A program made the position numbers and the translations under genes. Source: Chiloscyllium plagiosum (taxonomy: Eukaryota). Taken from it: a DNA stretch of 63,084 nt. Below are positions 25,840-40,260 of the stretch, piece by piece. The stretch is taken from contig NW_025215097.1 in assembly GCF_004010195.1 (NCBI RefSeq), positions 1 through 63,084 on the forward strand, written 5' to 3'. Under the pieces are notes generated by a model. That model worked only from the letters and a program-made list of their open reading frames with translations, did not search any database and was not told the origin of the DNA. Every line of letters begins with the position of its first letter. The stretch's first letter is position 1.

Positions 25840-27800
25840 TACACAGATGGGGAGAAAGATTAAAGAAGGTAATGAGCTGTACAGCTTTGAGGTTCTGGAA
25901 AGAATCAGAGTAGAAAACTGTTCCATGAATTTTGATTTCAATACTGCAGGATGCTGGAAGAAGGGATGGCATGTAGAACAGCATATTTGGACTTAAGAAG
26001 GAAGAAAAGTTCAAAGAAACATCATAGTAGTTTTGAATAAATAAAGAAAAAAGAAGAAAGTCTATGATGGAGAGAGAGAAAGCTAGAGATGAGAGAGATA
26101 TCATCTATCAGACAATCAAGGTTTTTCTTGTATCCTGTCCGAGGCGTGAAAAAGTTACTAGAGGAGCCTCCAGGTTTAAACAGACGGGGGATGTTACAAA
26201 TAGAATTATTCAGAAGATAAGAAGTACTTGGCTTAGCAGTAAAAAACATGGTTCTTGAGTGTAACCTTATCAATAGAACTGCCATTTGAAATCAAGAGGA
26301 AATAGTGAAGTCCTGAATGTGATAGGTGAAGGAAAGTAAAGAATGAAACCATCGCATGTGCTACCTATTTGTCACACCTGTGAAATAGATGGAGAAACTG
26401 TCTTAGATTGAAAGAAACAGGATTTTTAATGACCCATTGATTGTCAAGAGGGTCAGCTATTGCACTGGTGGTATGTGATGCTCAGAGAATAATTAATGCA
26501 GAGTGTAATCATCAGAGAGAAAGTGGGAAAGCGAATCTAAGAATAGAGAAGATTATTAATATGGAGAATCTTAATGGTGGATTTGCAGAGGTCACAAGTG
26601 ATAGCCTTTGGTAACAGACCAGAAGGTGCAGCTGCTGGAAGGACAAAAGACTTGCAGTTGACACTTTTCAATAAAGTTGTGCTTAACAGCTCAGATGGCA
26701 GCAATACATCAGTTACAAGCAACGATACAGTTGGCTCAGAATGCTTCAGACTGATCAAGGTGCCAGATAGATATGCAGATTTTTTTTTATAAGAGACTGT
26801 AAAACGACAGACATGACTGAACAGAGATGCTACACTCAACAGGACAGAAGGGAAGAGCAAGCTATAAGACCTTCCATGCCAACTAGAATAACATCAGTTA
26901 CTTAGTTGGCACAGATAGAAGGGAATGAAGAGTGAAAGCAGCTGTTGGACTAGAAAAAGGCAGCAAAGAATTCTCAAAGACTACCACATTCACTTGATCT
27001 GTAATGCTAAACAAAATGGAATTGCTTTACAAAGTGTGATTTGTTTCCACCGAGAGGTAGATTTGGCAAGTAGTCAAGAGCTCATGGATCAGAGGTATGA
27101 GTAGGCTGATTGATAAGTTACTCAAGGTCATTCTGGATAACAAAGAACTTGGAAATTTTTGACAGCTTGATCAGTGGACAAAAATAAGCAACACAGCCAT
27201 TACTGAAAACACATATGAAACCTGAAGGCAGCAAGAATGGGTTTTTTTGTCAGCAGTGCAAATGGATTTGATTCAGCTTGATACAGAGTTTAAAGATTTT
27301 AGAAAGTTATCAAGATTAAGAGGATGATAGAGGAAATAAATAAAGAGTGAGGTAAGGGATAAATCTTTTAGTTGTGGAAACTAAATGTTTGATGAAAGTT
27401 ACTGAGCTAAAACAGCAGGGACATCATAATGAACAAGAGTATTGACCCTTCTTTTGGATCTAATATAAGAAGGGAATTAGAAATGCAGGACTTAGGAGAA
27501 AATTAAACTTCATGTTTTAGAATAAACCAACAGGAGCAAGATGACTGAAACTTGAAGTGGACAGAATCAAGGTTTAAGAAGATGTCATTGATTTTGCAGA
27601 AGTGCAACTTGGGGTGAAAAGTGGGAGCTGTGGACATTTTCTTTTTGTTTCAGGAGTGCTGGTAAGTTACAAATCTTAATGTTGTACTTTATTGTTGTTC
27701 ATGATGTTAACAGGGAGTTGATGCCTCCAGTGACCACACAATATCAAAGATGAACAGAAGCCACAGAGGAGGTTTACAAGTCAGCAGTCTGGATTGGAGA
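25840..27800 (-). mobile_element. Very old purine-rich LINE (probably L2) remnants
   Basis: Extended A/G-rich tract with motifs resembling reverse-oriented L2 ORF2; too degraded to delimit. Confidence 0.35.
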
Positions 27801-27819
27801 ATTTTTATTATAAATAAAA

Positions 27820-28200
27820 ATTTGACAGATTTTCTTTGGAATAGAAGAGACTGAGAAGAGACCTAACTGAAGTGAGCAAAATTATGAGGAGTCCTGAAAA
27901 AGTAGATAGCAAGCCCCTATTTCCCTGGGCTGAAGGTCTATAATCGGGAGGCATAGATTCAGAGTAAGTTGTAAAAGGGGATTCAAAGGGAAGTGTTTTA
28001 CCAGAGGGTGCGGTCATCTGGAACTCACTGTCTCAATGGGTGGTTGAGATGGAAACCCTAATTTAGGAAACATCTGAATATAAACTTGCAGTGCCATAGC
28101 TACAAGACTACAAAGCAAGAGTTAGATTGGATGACAGCTTCTTGGTTGGCTGGGACACAATGGTGCAAAAGGCCCTAATCTGTACTGTAAATGTTTGAGT
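27820..28200 (+). mobile_element. Old CR1 3' end
   Basis: KRLRRDLTEVSKIMR..EKVD.KPLFP-like remnant; GGCCCTAATCTGTACTGTAAAT tail. Confidence 0.65.
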
Positions 28201-30919
28201 TAATGATTTTATAAAATGAAAGCAAGATGCTGCCACTACAATAAGAATTTTACCCCTTGTAATAAAGGAGGAGATTTTGGCACCAAGGTTGCAAAAGCAT
28301 TAATTGTGTTCATAAAACAGAAAATAAGAGTAGTTTTGATTGTTCAAACTTTTGCCCACCTTAGAAAGGTTGTAATTACATCGTTTCTGTATTTGAATGA
28401 GATGGCTTGCTAGTTCAGGCCAGCGGGTAAATTGCTGTGTGGATATTTTTCCACAATACAGAACTGCGAGTAAATCATATGGTAAATTAAACTAGAATAG
28501 AACCAATTGATCCATGAACGATCAGGTTAGACTGAGCCCCATCAGTCTCCACAAAAATTATTATTGTCCTCCTCTATTCAAACAGTAATATTATAGTCCT
28601 GTTGTTCATTGTCATTGCTACTGCTGCCAAATATCAGAATTCTATTGATTCTTGAAAGGCAGTCTCTGCTAAGGGTGACACTTTCATTTGTCTCCTACAA
28701 AAATGTCTTTCCAAACTGAGTACAATGTTTGAAACTGCAATGAGAATAATTGAAACCCATATTGAGAACTTCTCTCCTCTTCTGGTACCTGCGGATTATA
28801 TTCTTTTATGTGAATGATGCAATGGAAAGAAAAATAAGTGATCTTTGGGTTTAACAAAGCAAGATTTCCACATTCCCTCCATTTTTAAGGTCTCCTCAGC
28901 AAGCTTTCAAGCCCACACAGACCAGAAAAATCCTCACATTCCATTCTCTTTGACATAGCTGATTTCAATGAAGCTAATAGTAGAAATGTTACATAACAAT
29001 TGGCTTCAACAATCCTGATCAATGTACTGAGTAATATTGCCAGGCTCCTGATCTGTATACCAATCTTGTTGGGAAACCAGGGTGTGGAACCATCAGACAA
29101 GCTCAGGTTAAATTCAGCTCCCAAATCACAGAGTCATTTACCCATTCATAAATCACATTTGAAAAATGTTCACTAAGGGAAGGTGTCTGTTTTAGGAATA
29201 CATTTCCTTTTCACACTAAACCTAAATAGCTCCAGAGTTGACTAAGAGCAGGTAATGCTCATTGGACTTTGTACTTAAGAACTGGGCCATCCCCAGTGTG
29301 GAATTGGCTTGTGGGCATGGAAAGGGTTCAGAATGGGAAGGTGGGAACTGCTGTTTGTGTAAAAGACTAGGTATATAATAAAACCCTTGTAAGTCTGGCG
29401 TTGGCTAATTCAATATATGACTATTGGTTTGTTACCAGAAGTGAACTGGAGCTTGTGAATTTGGACCTAGCATAAGTCAGCATCTTTGAGTGAGATATGA
29501 GGAGACATAGAAGAAAGGAAATTATTTGTAGTCGCCATATGTGCGAGTCCAATTTACAGAAACAAAAATTTTCAAAGCTGGCTAAATCTTCTGTTATTGT
29601 GCACACAATAGATGTACTGCATGGATAATGTCTGGTTAGAGTACATTCAGTCTTGGTTTTTCAGCAGTTACTTTAAATGATGAACATGGAGATGATGATG
29701 CTAAACTCCATTTTCATAATTCATTACTGACATCACAGGTGTCTGCTTCAATCAGACAATTTCTGCACCAGTCAGGAGAGCTGCTTATTAGTTGTTCCAA
29801 AAACTAATACCAAGAAAATTGATTAATTGGAAGCTTCATGTGTGAGATGGATTTCCTGATACACTGGAAACTGCAAGCTACTTGCATGCACATACATCTC
29901 ATATAATTACCCAAAACTGTTATCTTTCAATGGATGTTGGTCCTATTTGTTTTGGGAATAATGGTTGCACTATTGTTTTGTACAGCATCTTTGAAAGCAT
30001 GCCCTCCTCAACACTTATTATTTACTTTCAAATTTCAAACTCATCCATTAACAATGAATGTTAAAATGCTGATTCATATCCTTTAGGCACAAAGCATGGG
30101 ATAGGTGACATGGGTTCAGCCCACCAATGACAACACCAGATAGTTGGCCAAGATCTTCACCTGGCAGCAGCACCGACTCAATTGAATATGGGAAGGTTGG
30201 ATGTCAAGGAGAGGGAGTCACTGGTGAAATTGAGGAAAAGATATTGGATGCAAGGGCAGGGGGTGGCCCTCAGCAGGCATTGGCCTTCTCAATTCTGGTC
30301 CCCTCCATCATGCATTAAGTGCCTTTTGAAAGAGGGGCCACTCCAGGCCTTTAATTAATAAAATAAATAAAAGTGGGAACATTAGTCGCATGTGGCTTCC
30401 TTCAGGCTCAGGTGATACCTAAATGGGTGTTAGTTTGCCCACAGGAAAAAATAAGCTATTCAAACTCCCTCAACAGTTAAATGAGCCCACCACTTAGCTT
30501 AATCCAGCAGGGCTCCATGAAATCTGAGCCAGAGACTCCCTCCCATTTTCACTTATCCCAATCTGCTATATCCGAATGGTTCTGTTTGCTGACTCAAGAA
30601 AACATTATAACTGAAAAGGATATGATGTTATTTTAACATGATGGTAACTGCAAAATCTCATGAAGGAAAAGCAAGTGACCATCACCTAGTGTGTCATATT
30701 CTGAAAATGTATTTGGGCTTTATGAAAATAGCAAACTAAATCAGCAAATAAAAAGAAACATTGTCCAAATGGTATCCAAAAGGCATAAAGTGCTATAGCA
30801 AAGGATTTCTGGATGACAATGTAATTCTTTCCCAATACATTAGACTGAAAAGGTCTCAATGGTAAAGCTGAAGTGAGTTTGTGTGGATTATGTTGGTGGC
30901 TGATTTTTTTCCTACCAAG

Positions 30920-31158
30920 TTAAAAATCACATAATAACAGGTTATAGTCCAACAGGTTTATTTGGAAGCACTGAAATAATTGCATGACACTGTAACCTTT
31001 TGCTATAAATTGTGTCTTATGATTCTGTTCAACAGCTGCCTGATGAAGGAGCAGCGCTCCAAAAGCTAGTGCTTCCAAATAAACCTGTTGGACTATAACC
31101 TGGTGTTATGTGATTTTTAACTTTGTCCACCCCAATCCAACACCAGCTCTTCCATATC
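30920..31158 (+). mobile_element. Palindromic Penelope-like insert, family C
   Basis: TSD TTTCCTACCAAG at 30908-30919 and 31159-31170; inverted arms AAAAATCAC...GGAAGCACT; core CTGATGA-A-GGAGC-AGC-GCTCC-AAAA-GCTA at 31040-31068. Confidence 0.82.
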
Positions 31159-33079
31159 TTTCCTACCAAGGGAGCCAAACATCTTTTCAGCTCTTTTAGC
31201 ATGAATAATATTGCATTTTTCAAACCAAAATTACTGAGATTATTTGTACCAAAGTATTCTCAGATACTTTCTGCTCTGATGAGAAAAGATGATGTTTATT
31301 GGCTTGTGTAAAACCCTCAGCTACAAACAACGGATTTAATTCCTACAGTTCCATGATTGGGCTGTATAAATATCCAGGACCAAATGGAATTAAATGTACA
31401 ATAAATATCAAAACCATGTATTTAGGAGGAGGAAAATGTAGGGGCAAGATTCTATTTCTGTCTGGAACCTCAAGTGAATGGACTTGACCTTATAATATCT
31501 TAATCCTATCTCTGGCTCACATTTTCATCCAGCAAGACTTCACAACAAAAGCAGAATCTTACTCAAGTACTCCTATAAAATATGCTGTGTTGAAGCTGTA
31601 TAGATTGTTACTGGGAATCAATAACACTGTATTGGCCTAAACTGAATGTTTTGATTTGGAGAGTGGATTTTATTAAGCCCTTATGATATGAGGATAGATT
31701 GTGAATGCACTGTATAGATAAAATGTTTCACAAGAATGCAATAGCAGCAACTGACATCAAGTGAGGAGTACTATGATCTACTCTGCACTGAACTGCATTA
31801 TTAACATTATCCCTCAAAAGACCTCCCCACTGCTTACTCTCTTTTATTTAAATGTTACCACCCAAATTTTATTTTGCACTTCGGATCAAAACAATTGTAA
31901 AATGAATTGTAACATCAAGGTTTGGCCCATTGTCCATATTCCCACTGATGGAACCTTTAACTTAAAACATAAAGGGAGTAATTTAGACTTTGAGCAATGA
32001 TGTAATCCATTTGTATGAAAACTGGGTAACTGAATCTATACCCCATATTTTATACCAGTGCCCAAATTTCAAAGTATTCTACCCATGATCAGATAACATA
32101 CACACAAGAAACTATGGGTGAAATAACAGGATTCTGCCTATCAAGCACATATTCTGCACAGATCATGCGCTTTACCAAATCACCTGAGAAAGTTTGCTGC
32201 AAAGTTTCCCAAAAAGTAAATTAATGCCTTATAACAATCTAACCCTCTTTATTACATTGCATTACATATCCCAGATTGATTGATATCTTTGACATGGTGC
32301 CTCAATAGTTCCAATAATCAGCAACTAACATAACTTGCCGGTGCAAATGTTGTTGATAATCTAAATGATCTTACAAGTAATTGGAATTGATATTACACCA
32401 TGTGCACCCAGACCACCAAAACCTTGGATAAGAATGTTCAGTTGCTTCCAATATACAGCAGCACTTAGGGGTACAACAGAGGCTTCAAAAATTACATTTT
32501 CTTGTGTTGGAGGTTAAAATAACATAAATGGGAACTCTAAACCTTTGGCTTTAATGGCAATTGAAAGCCCTTAGTTAAATATTTGATTCAATTGTCTTTA
32601 CTGTTTAACAGCTGCTATAGCTGAATGGTTCTGTTTGCTGCCAAGCTGTTTCTTTATAGAAAACAAATGTAGGGCCTGCTCACTGTGCTCTGACATAATT
32701 GAGTTTAACGCTCTCTTCTAAAAACTATGCTCTTGGAATTGTAGAGGTCAAATTACCTCTCCAATCAAGCAATCAATATGTTGAGAAGGTAAAAGAAGCT
32801 GCCAGGACCTGTTAGAAGTAAATCTGATTACCAAACACAGATTGCTCTCTCCTCACTACCTGGAGATACATTACTGGTAGAGCATCACCATAGTGAAAAT
32901 TTAAGCTTGTACATGTCGACAACACTGTTTTTTCAATCATTTGTGACCCTCCTCCTGAAGGTATTAATTCATGCACGTTCTAACATTTCACAGATATCTC
33001 ACCTAAGCAACGATTTCCATTTCCAGATCTAGACATCAGAAGATTCTTAAAGCATGGTCAGTAACATGGACACAAGCCT

Positions 33080-33290
33080 CATAATTTTCCTCAGCACTTG
33101 TCTTCACAAGCACACTGTGTAGTAGACTGTAATCAGAAATGAGTACTGATTTTCTTGCTCCCAACCTAGGCAACAGGCATTGAGATCAGTTCTCCCATCC
33201 ATATTGCCACTCCAAGCAAATTTAGTAATTCTGTGTAGAGCAGGGATCTACGGCTCAGTATTTCACCATGCAATGTATTTATCTACTCAC
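33080..33290 (-). mobile_element. LF-SINE-like remnant
   Basis: CTGATTTTCTTGCTCCCAACCTAGG...GGCATTGAG...GAGCAGGGATC...GGCTCAGTA...GTATTTATCTACT resembles a reverse-oriented LF-SINE head. Confidence 0.45.
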
Positions 33291-34957
33291 CACACTCTTT
33301 TTATGCCATAAGCCTGAGGCATTGATTTGTGGTTAAATCTTGTGCTTATATTATAAGACAGTTGGATCATAAATGAAGGTTTCATTACAACATTGTGAAG
33401 GTTATGGTTCTTTTCCAAAGTATTATTGGAAAAAGCAATGGGAACTGGGGAGAGGACATTTGGTTAAAATGATAAATTCTGGAAAAATCACACCTTAACT
33501 GCACAAAGAAAACACATAATGTAACATATCTAATATTGTTTTGTGTCCCTCAGTGGAAGACATACACCTGTTCAAAGGAATGAGAAAGAATTAAAAATTG
33601 AATGCTGAGATCCAATTTATTGGCAACAGGTTCCTCTTATTCCAGATTTTTTTTTGTGCCTTATCAAGTGATATTCCAAAATTGAGTTCTAATAAATTTG
33701 TTCCCGTCTACAGAGTTACAGCTCTTTAAAACATTTTTAAAAATCACCATCCATATAATAAGTTGTGCAAAATCTGCTGACCAGAGCTAAAACTGTTGTT
33801 TCCATGCAGTAGAACCTTTGTGTTGTGCAGGGGTAGAGCTTTAATGCTCAGTTTTCAATGCATTATAAGTCATTCACAGTTTAAAGAGTACAACCCGCAA
33901 GGCTGAAATCAGAGCAAATTTTCTTGTTTCTTCCTGTGACCAGACGCTTAGAGCGAGGGCTATTATTTTTCCAAATGAGCAGCACGTCAATTACAGGTTA
34001 ATTTCTGGAATTCAAAAAATCAACCGATGTTCACTAAATGATAAGTAATCTCTGATGTTAATTCAAATTAACTTCAGGGACCACCAGTAAATAGATAACT
34101 TAATAAGATTATTACTTACAGACAAAATCAGAAGCAATCCGGATAAACAAATCCCAGTTAGTGAGAAGCAGTGTTGTTTGGAAAAATAGCACTCTAAATG
34201 CACTGGGGCCAAGACGTACACAAGAGTTGCTGGCATGAATGAACTGTCATGACATTCTTCTCACAAGATGTATTTTGTTTTTTTATTGCTTCTCCCAAGT
34301 TGCCGATTGTTTATATACTTGAAGGATTTTTTTTTGTTTTAATTCCTTTTTGGAGTCAGTGGCCTACTGATCCACTTCAAAAACATGTGGAATTATTAAA
34401 AACTCAAAAGCAAGAACAAATGTGCTTATTTTCAAGAGCAGAAATATTTATTACCAATAGATTTAATAATAAATTGTGGGTTCGACATACTGCCCACTGA
34501 GAATGAATATGCAGAAAAACCAAACCCTGCGTACTTACTACATCAATAGGTTGAAAGTACCTTTTACGTTTTGCACTGGTTATCTCAGTCTCTGGTGCTG
34601 CTAGGTAAAACCTCCTGTATAATGCCAAACTCCAGAATAGTTCCCCTGTCATTAAAAATGCCCTATTAATTTTTAACTTAGGTTTGAAAAGATACTGGAG
34701 TGAAACCCCATGCAGTGCCAAATCCAAATCCAGATCTAGAGAGTTCCAAGCAGTGAACTTCAGATTTAATACATGGAGTTGAGGCACAGATAAGCAATGA
34801 TCAAATTGAATGGCAGACAAGTTCATGGCAATGAAAGCCTATTTCCATTCCTGTAGACATCCCCAGACATGTGTTTTTTTTGCCTCATTACCTCATATAA
34901 ATGATATGTTTTCTGATAATCTCAAATGCCAGAATGCATTTGATGTGTTCTACACTG

Positions 34958-37900
34958 TTAGCTAGAACAAACAGAGTTGTTATCTCTGGTTTGTTGCCTG
35001 TGCCACGTACTAGTGAAGTGAGAAACAGGGAGAAAGCAGAGCTGAACATGTGGCTGCAGGGATGGTGCAGGAGGGAGGGCTTTGGATTCCTGGATACTTG
35101 GGGCTCTTTCTGAGGAAGGTGTGACCTCTACAAACAGGATGGTCTTTTCCTGAACCAGAGGGGTACCAATATCTCGGGGGAGGGTGGGGGGTGGGGGAAC
35201 TTTGCTAATGCCCTTCGGGTCTTTTAAACTAATGCAGGAGGTTGAAGGTAGTGAGGTCAGGGATAGGTTTACAAAGTCGCGAGAGGGCACCAGCAATCAG
35301 GATATTGATTTGAAATGTGTGTACTTCAATGCCAGGAGCAGCCAGAATAAGGTAAGTGAACTTGCAGCATGGGTTAGTACCAGGGACTTCGATGTTGTGG
35401 CCATTTCAGAGACATGGCTAGAGGAGGGACAGGAATGGTTGTCGCAGATTCTGGGATTTCAGCAAGAACAGAGAAAATGGTAAAAGAGATGGGGATGTAG
35501 CATTGTTAATCAAGGGTAGTATTACAGCACCTGAGATAATGTTTGAGGATTCATCCACTGAGGTACTTTGGGCTGAGTTTAGAAACAGGAAAGGAGAGGT
35601 TTAGGCCTCCAAATTGTTCCAGGGATGTAGAGGAAAGGATAGCAAAGATGATTCTCGATAGGAGCAAGAGTAACAGGTAGTTGTTATTGGGGACTTTAAC
35701 TTCCCAACATTGACTGGGAATACTATAGTTCAAGTAGTTTAGATGGGTCAGTTTTTGATCAATGTGTGCAGGAGGATTTTGCCATATTGGATTTGGTACT
35801 GGGGAAAGAACTCAGCCAGGTGTTAGATTTGGAGGTAGGTGAGCACTTTGGTGATAGTGACCATAAGTCGGTTATGTTTAACAATAACAATGGGCAGCGA
35901 TAGGTAAATACCACAGGGAAAGAGGTATAACTGCAGAAAAGCAATTATGATGCAATTAGGCAAGATTTAGGATGCATAGGATGGGGAAGCAAACTGCAGG
36001 GGATGGACACACTTGAAATGTGGAGCTTATTCAAGGAACAGCTACTGCGGGTCCTTGATAAGTATATACCTATCAGGCAGGGCAGTAGTTGTCGAGAGAG
36101 GGGGCTATGGTTTACTAAAGAAGTTGAAGCTCTTGTCAAGAGGAAGAGGAAGGTTTACGTGAATATGAAGCATGAAGGCTCAGTTAAGGGCTTGAGAGTT
36201 AGAAGTTATCCAAAAAAGATCTAAAGAGAGGGCTAAGAAGAGCCAGGAGGGCACATGAGAAGTTGTTGGTGGATAGGATTAAGGAAAACCTTAAGGCCTT
36301 CTATAGGCATATCAGGAGTAAAAGAATGACTAGAATAAGATTAGGGCCAATCAAATATAGTCGTGGAAAGGTGAGTTTGGAATCTGAGGACAGCGGGGAA
36401 GTGCTTAATGAATTCTTTTCATCAGTATTCACATTGGAAAAGGGCAATGTTAGTGAGAATATGGAGAATCAGACTACCAGATTAGATGGGATTGAGGTTG
36501 ACAGTAAGGAGGTTTTAGCAATTTTGCAAAATCTGAAAAGAGAGAAGACCCTGTGCTGGATGCGATTTATCCTCGGATTCTCTGGGAAGACAGGGAGGAG
36601 ATTGCAGAGCCTTTGGCTTCAACCTTTATGTCATCATTGTCAACAGGAATAGTGCCAGAAGACTGGAGGATAGCAAATGTTGTTCCCTTGTTTAAGAAGG
36701 AGAGTCGGGACAACCCTGGTAAGTATAGGACAGTGAGCCTTCAGTTGTGGGTAAGGTGTTGGAAAGGGTTATAAGAGATAGGATTTCTGGAAAGGAATAA
36801 TCTGATTAGGGATAGTCAACACGGTTTTGCGAAAGGTAGGTCGCGCATCACTAAACTTATTGAGTTCTTTTGGAAGGTGACAAAACAGGTGAATGAAGGT
36901 AAGGTGGTTGATGTGGTGTTTATGGACTTCAATAAAGCATTTGATAAGGTTCCACACGGTAGGCTATTGCACAAAATAAGGAGTTTTGGGATTGAAGGTG
37001 ATTTAGTGATTTGGACCAGAAATTGACTAGCTGAAAGAAGACAGAGGATGATGGTTGATGGGAAATGTTCATCCTGGAGTTCAGTTACCAGTGGGGTGCC
37101 ACAAGGATCTGTTTTGGGGCCACTGCTGTTTGTCATTTTTATAAATGATCTGGAGGTGGGCGTAGAAGGATGGGTTAGTAAATTTGCAGATGACACTAAG
37201 GTAGGCAGAGTTGTAGATAGTGACAAAGGATGTTGTGGGTTACAGAGAGGCATAGATAAGATGCAGATCTGGGCTGAGAAGTGGCAAATGGAGTTTAATG
37301 CAGAAAAGTGTGAGGTAGTTCACTTCGGAAGAAGTAACGGGAAGGCAGAGTACTGGGCTAATGGTAAAATTCTTGATTTGGAGATGCCGGTGTTGGACTG
37401 GGGTGTACAACATTAAAAATCACACAACACCAGATTATAGTCGAACAGGTTTGATTAGAAGCACACTAGCTTTCGGAGTGTTGCTCGACAACCACCTGAT
37501 GAAGGAGCGGCGCTCCAGAAGCTAGTGTGCTTCCAATTAAACCTGTTGGACTATAACCTGGTGTTGTGTGATTTTTAACTTGGTAAAATTCTTAGCAGTG
37601 TAGATGAACAGTGCGATCTCGGTGTCCAGGTGCATAAATCCCTGAAAGTTGCCACCTATGTTGATAGGATTGTTAAGAAAGCATATGGTGGTTTGGCATT
37701 TATTGGAAGGGGGATTTAGTTTTGGAGCCACGAGGTCATGCTTCAGCTGTACAAGACATTGGTAAGGCTGCATCTGGAGTATTGCATGCAGTTCTGGTCA
37801 CTGCATTATAGGAAGGACGTGGAAGCTTTGGAATGGGTTCAGAGGAGATTTACAAGGATGTTGCCTGATATGGAAGGAAGGTCTTACGAGGAAAGACTGA

Positions 37901-38070
37901 GGGAACTGAGGCTCTCTTCATTGGAGAGAAAAAGTTTGAGAGGAGACTTAATCAAGATGGTTAGATAATCAGAGGGTTAGATAGGGTGGACAATGAGAGC
38001 CTTTTTCCTCAGATGGTGAAGGTTAACACAAGGGGACATAGCTTTAAATTGAGAGTTTAGGACAGATATC
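34958..38070 (+). mobile_element. Long CR1 (HER1-like) LINE: ORF1 esterase C-terminus plus disrupted ORF2 (APE endonuclease and RT)
   Basis: VVISGLLPVPR...LNMWLQGWCRREGFGFLD (SGNH esterase); CVYFNARS...DVVAISETWL (APE); PEDWRIANVVPLFKK, SGVPQGSVLGPLLF and FADDTK (RT); many frameshifts and stops. Confidence 0.95.
37375..37580 (-). mobile_element. Palindromic Penelope-like insert, family C, nested in CR1
   Basis: TSD TGGTAAAATTCTT at 37362-37374 and 37581-37593; inverted arms; core CTGATGAAGGAGCGGCGCTCC from 37496. Confidence 0.85.
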
Positions 38071-38089
38071 AGCCCCCTTGGGCCCCCCT

Positions 38090-38191
38090 TACACCATTCC
38101 TGATGAAGGGCTTATGCTTGAAACATCAACTCTCCTGCTCCTTGGATGCTGCCTAACTGGCTGTGCTTTTTCAGCATCACACTTTTTGACT
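38090..38191 (+). mobile_element. Single-arm family A insert
   Basis: CTGATGA-A-GGGC-TTAT-GCTT-GAAACATC from 38100, followed by the family A arm. Confidence 0.75.
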
Positions 38192-38199
38192 CAACTAAA

Positions 38200-38935
38200 T
38201 AAGAACCCATGGGATTCAAGGGAAAGTGGAACTTTGTTCCAAAATTAGCTAAATGCATGGATGACAAGAACACTGATAGGGTGATAAATAGTGAGGATAG
38301 CCATAACTGTAGGAAGATCAATGGATTGCTCAGTTGGGTAGAACAGTGGCCAATGAAAGAAAGGACGCTGAAGATTATAAGGGTCTTGGTGTGCATATCC
38401 ACAGATCACTAAAGGCAGCAGGGCAGGTACTTAAGGAGGTTAAGAAGACATGGGATACTTGTCTTTATTAGCTTAGGCGTATAATACAACAGCAATAAAA
38501 GCAAATTACTGCGGATGCTGGAATCTGAAACCAAAAGAGAAAATGCTAGAAAATCTCAGCAGGTCTGGCAACATCTGTAAAGAAAGAAAAGAGCTGACGT
38601 TTCGAGTCTAACTGACCCTTTGACTGACAAAGGATCAGTTAGACTCGAAATGTCAGCTCTTTTCTCTCCTTACAGATGCTGCCAGACCTGCTGAGATTTT
38701 CCAGCATTTTCTCTTTTGGTAATACAACAGCAAAATGGTTATTTCAGAACTATATAAAACTCTGGCTAGGCACAACTGAAATACTGGATTAGTGGTGCTG
38801 GAAGAGCACAGCAATTCAGGCAGCATCCAAGGACAACTGAGGTACTGCATGCAGTTCTAGTCATCTCATTATTAGATGTATGAGATTGCACTAGAGGGGA
38901 TTCAGAGATGATTTACCAAGGTGTTGCCTAGGCTA
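38200..38935 (+). mobile_element. Old CR1 ORF2 fragment with two nested inserts
   Basis: DDKN.DRVINSED remnant; TACTGCATGCAGTTCTAGTCATC; ATTTACCAAGGTGTTGCC. Confidence 0.6.
38496..38719 (-). mobile_element. Palindromic Penelope-like insert, family B
   Basis: TSD TAATACAACAGCAA at 38482-38495 and 38720-38733; inverted arms of about 90 bp; 34-nt tail at 38496-38529; degenerate core CTGACAA-A-GGATC-AGTTA-GACTC-GAAATGTC from 38624. Confidence 0.82.
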
Positions 38936-38949
38936 GCATTTTCTTCCAT

Positions 38950-40260
38950 CAGTACAGAGGCCTTGGATCCCCTCCAAGGCCAACATATCTTTCCTTAGGT
39001 ACAGGGCCCAAAATTGTTCACATTATTCCAAATGAAGTCTGACCAGAGCCTGACCATTATATCTGATTTGTATTCTAGCCCTCTTGAAACAAATGCCTTC
39101 CATCCTGCCAACTGAACCTGCATACTAAACTTAAGAGAACCCCAAACTAGGAGTCCAAAGCCACCTTGTAGTTCAGATTTCTGAAGTCTTTCTCCATTTA
39201 GAAAGTAGTCTATTCTTCTTACCAAAGTGTATAACATCACACTTTCCCACATTGTGCTCCATCTGCCACTTCTTTGCCCATTTTCTTAGACTGTCTAAGT
39301 CCTTCTGCAGCCTCCCCACCTCCTCAACACTAACTGTCCCTCCACCTATCTTTGTGTCATCTGCAAACCTTGCAACTTTGCCCTCAGTTCCTTCATCCAG
39401 ATCACTAAAATATAATATGGATAGTTGTGGTCCTAACACTGACTCCTGCAGAACTCCACTAGTCACCAGCTGCCCATCCTGAAAAAAACCCCTTATCCAC
39501 ACTCTTTGCCTCTTGCCAGTCAGCCTATTCTTTATCAATGCTAGTAAACTGCCCCTAACACCATGGACTCATCTTCTGTGCAGCACTTGGTCAAAGGCCT
39601 TCTGAAATCCAAATAGATCACAGCCACTGGCTATCCTTTGTCTAACTTGCTCATTAATTCCGCTAAGAATTCTAACAGATTTGTCAGGCATCACATACCC
39701 TTCATGAAGCCACGTTGACTCAGTCTTATTTTACTATGCACTCCCAACTACTCTCAAATCTCATCCTTAATAACGGACTCTAAAATCTTACCTATGACCA
39801 AGGTCAATATAACCAGCCTGTAATTTCCTGTCTTATGCCTCCTTCCCTTCTCAAACAGGGGTTTTACAATCACAATTTTCTAGTCCTCTAAGATCCTTCC
39901 TGACTCTAGTCATCAATCTTCACCATCAATCTTCTTAGCTATTACTTTCAGAACCCTGGGTTGTCATCCATCCAGTCTGGGTGATTTGTCCATTTCAGAT
40001 CTTTCAGCTGCCCCAGCACCTTCTCCTTAGATTTGGCCATGACATTCACCACTCCCCCTGACTTGCATGAAATTCTGTTATGCTACTGATGCAGTTCCTC
40101 TGCCATTTCTTTGTTCACCATTACTACTTATCTAGCCATATTTTCTCATGGTCCAGTGTCGGCCTTTGCTTCTATCTCACCTTCCATATATCTAAAAAAA
40201 AACTCTTTGCAATCTTCTTTTGTGTTACTTGCTAGCCTATCCTCATATTTCAGATTCTTC
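38950..40260 (-). mobile_element. CR1-clade LINE ORF2 fragment (different subfamily)
   Basis: RLTGKRQRV, TSGVLQESVLGPQL, FADDTKIGG and WAKKWQME..VGKC on the minus strand. Confidence 0.9.

Noticed and set aside
34120..34237. Superficial resemblance of joined candidate exons to a cytokine or LRR-receptor N-terminus
   Set aside because: Only a hydrophobic stretch and scattered cysteines; no real motif match, so no gene symbol assigned
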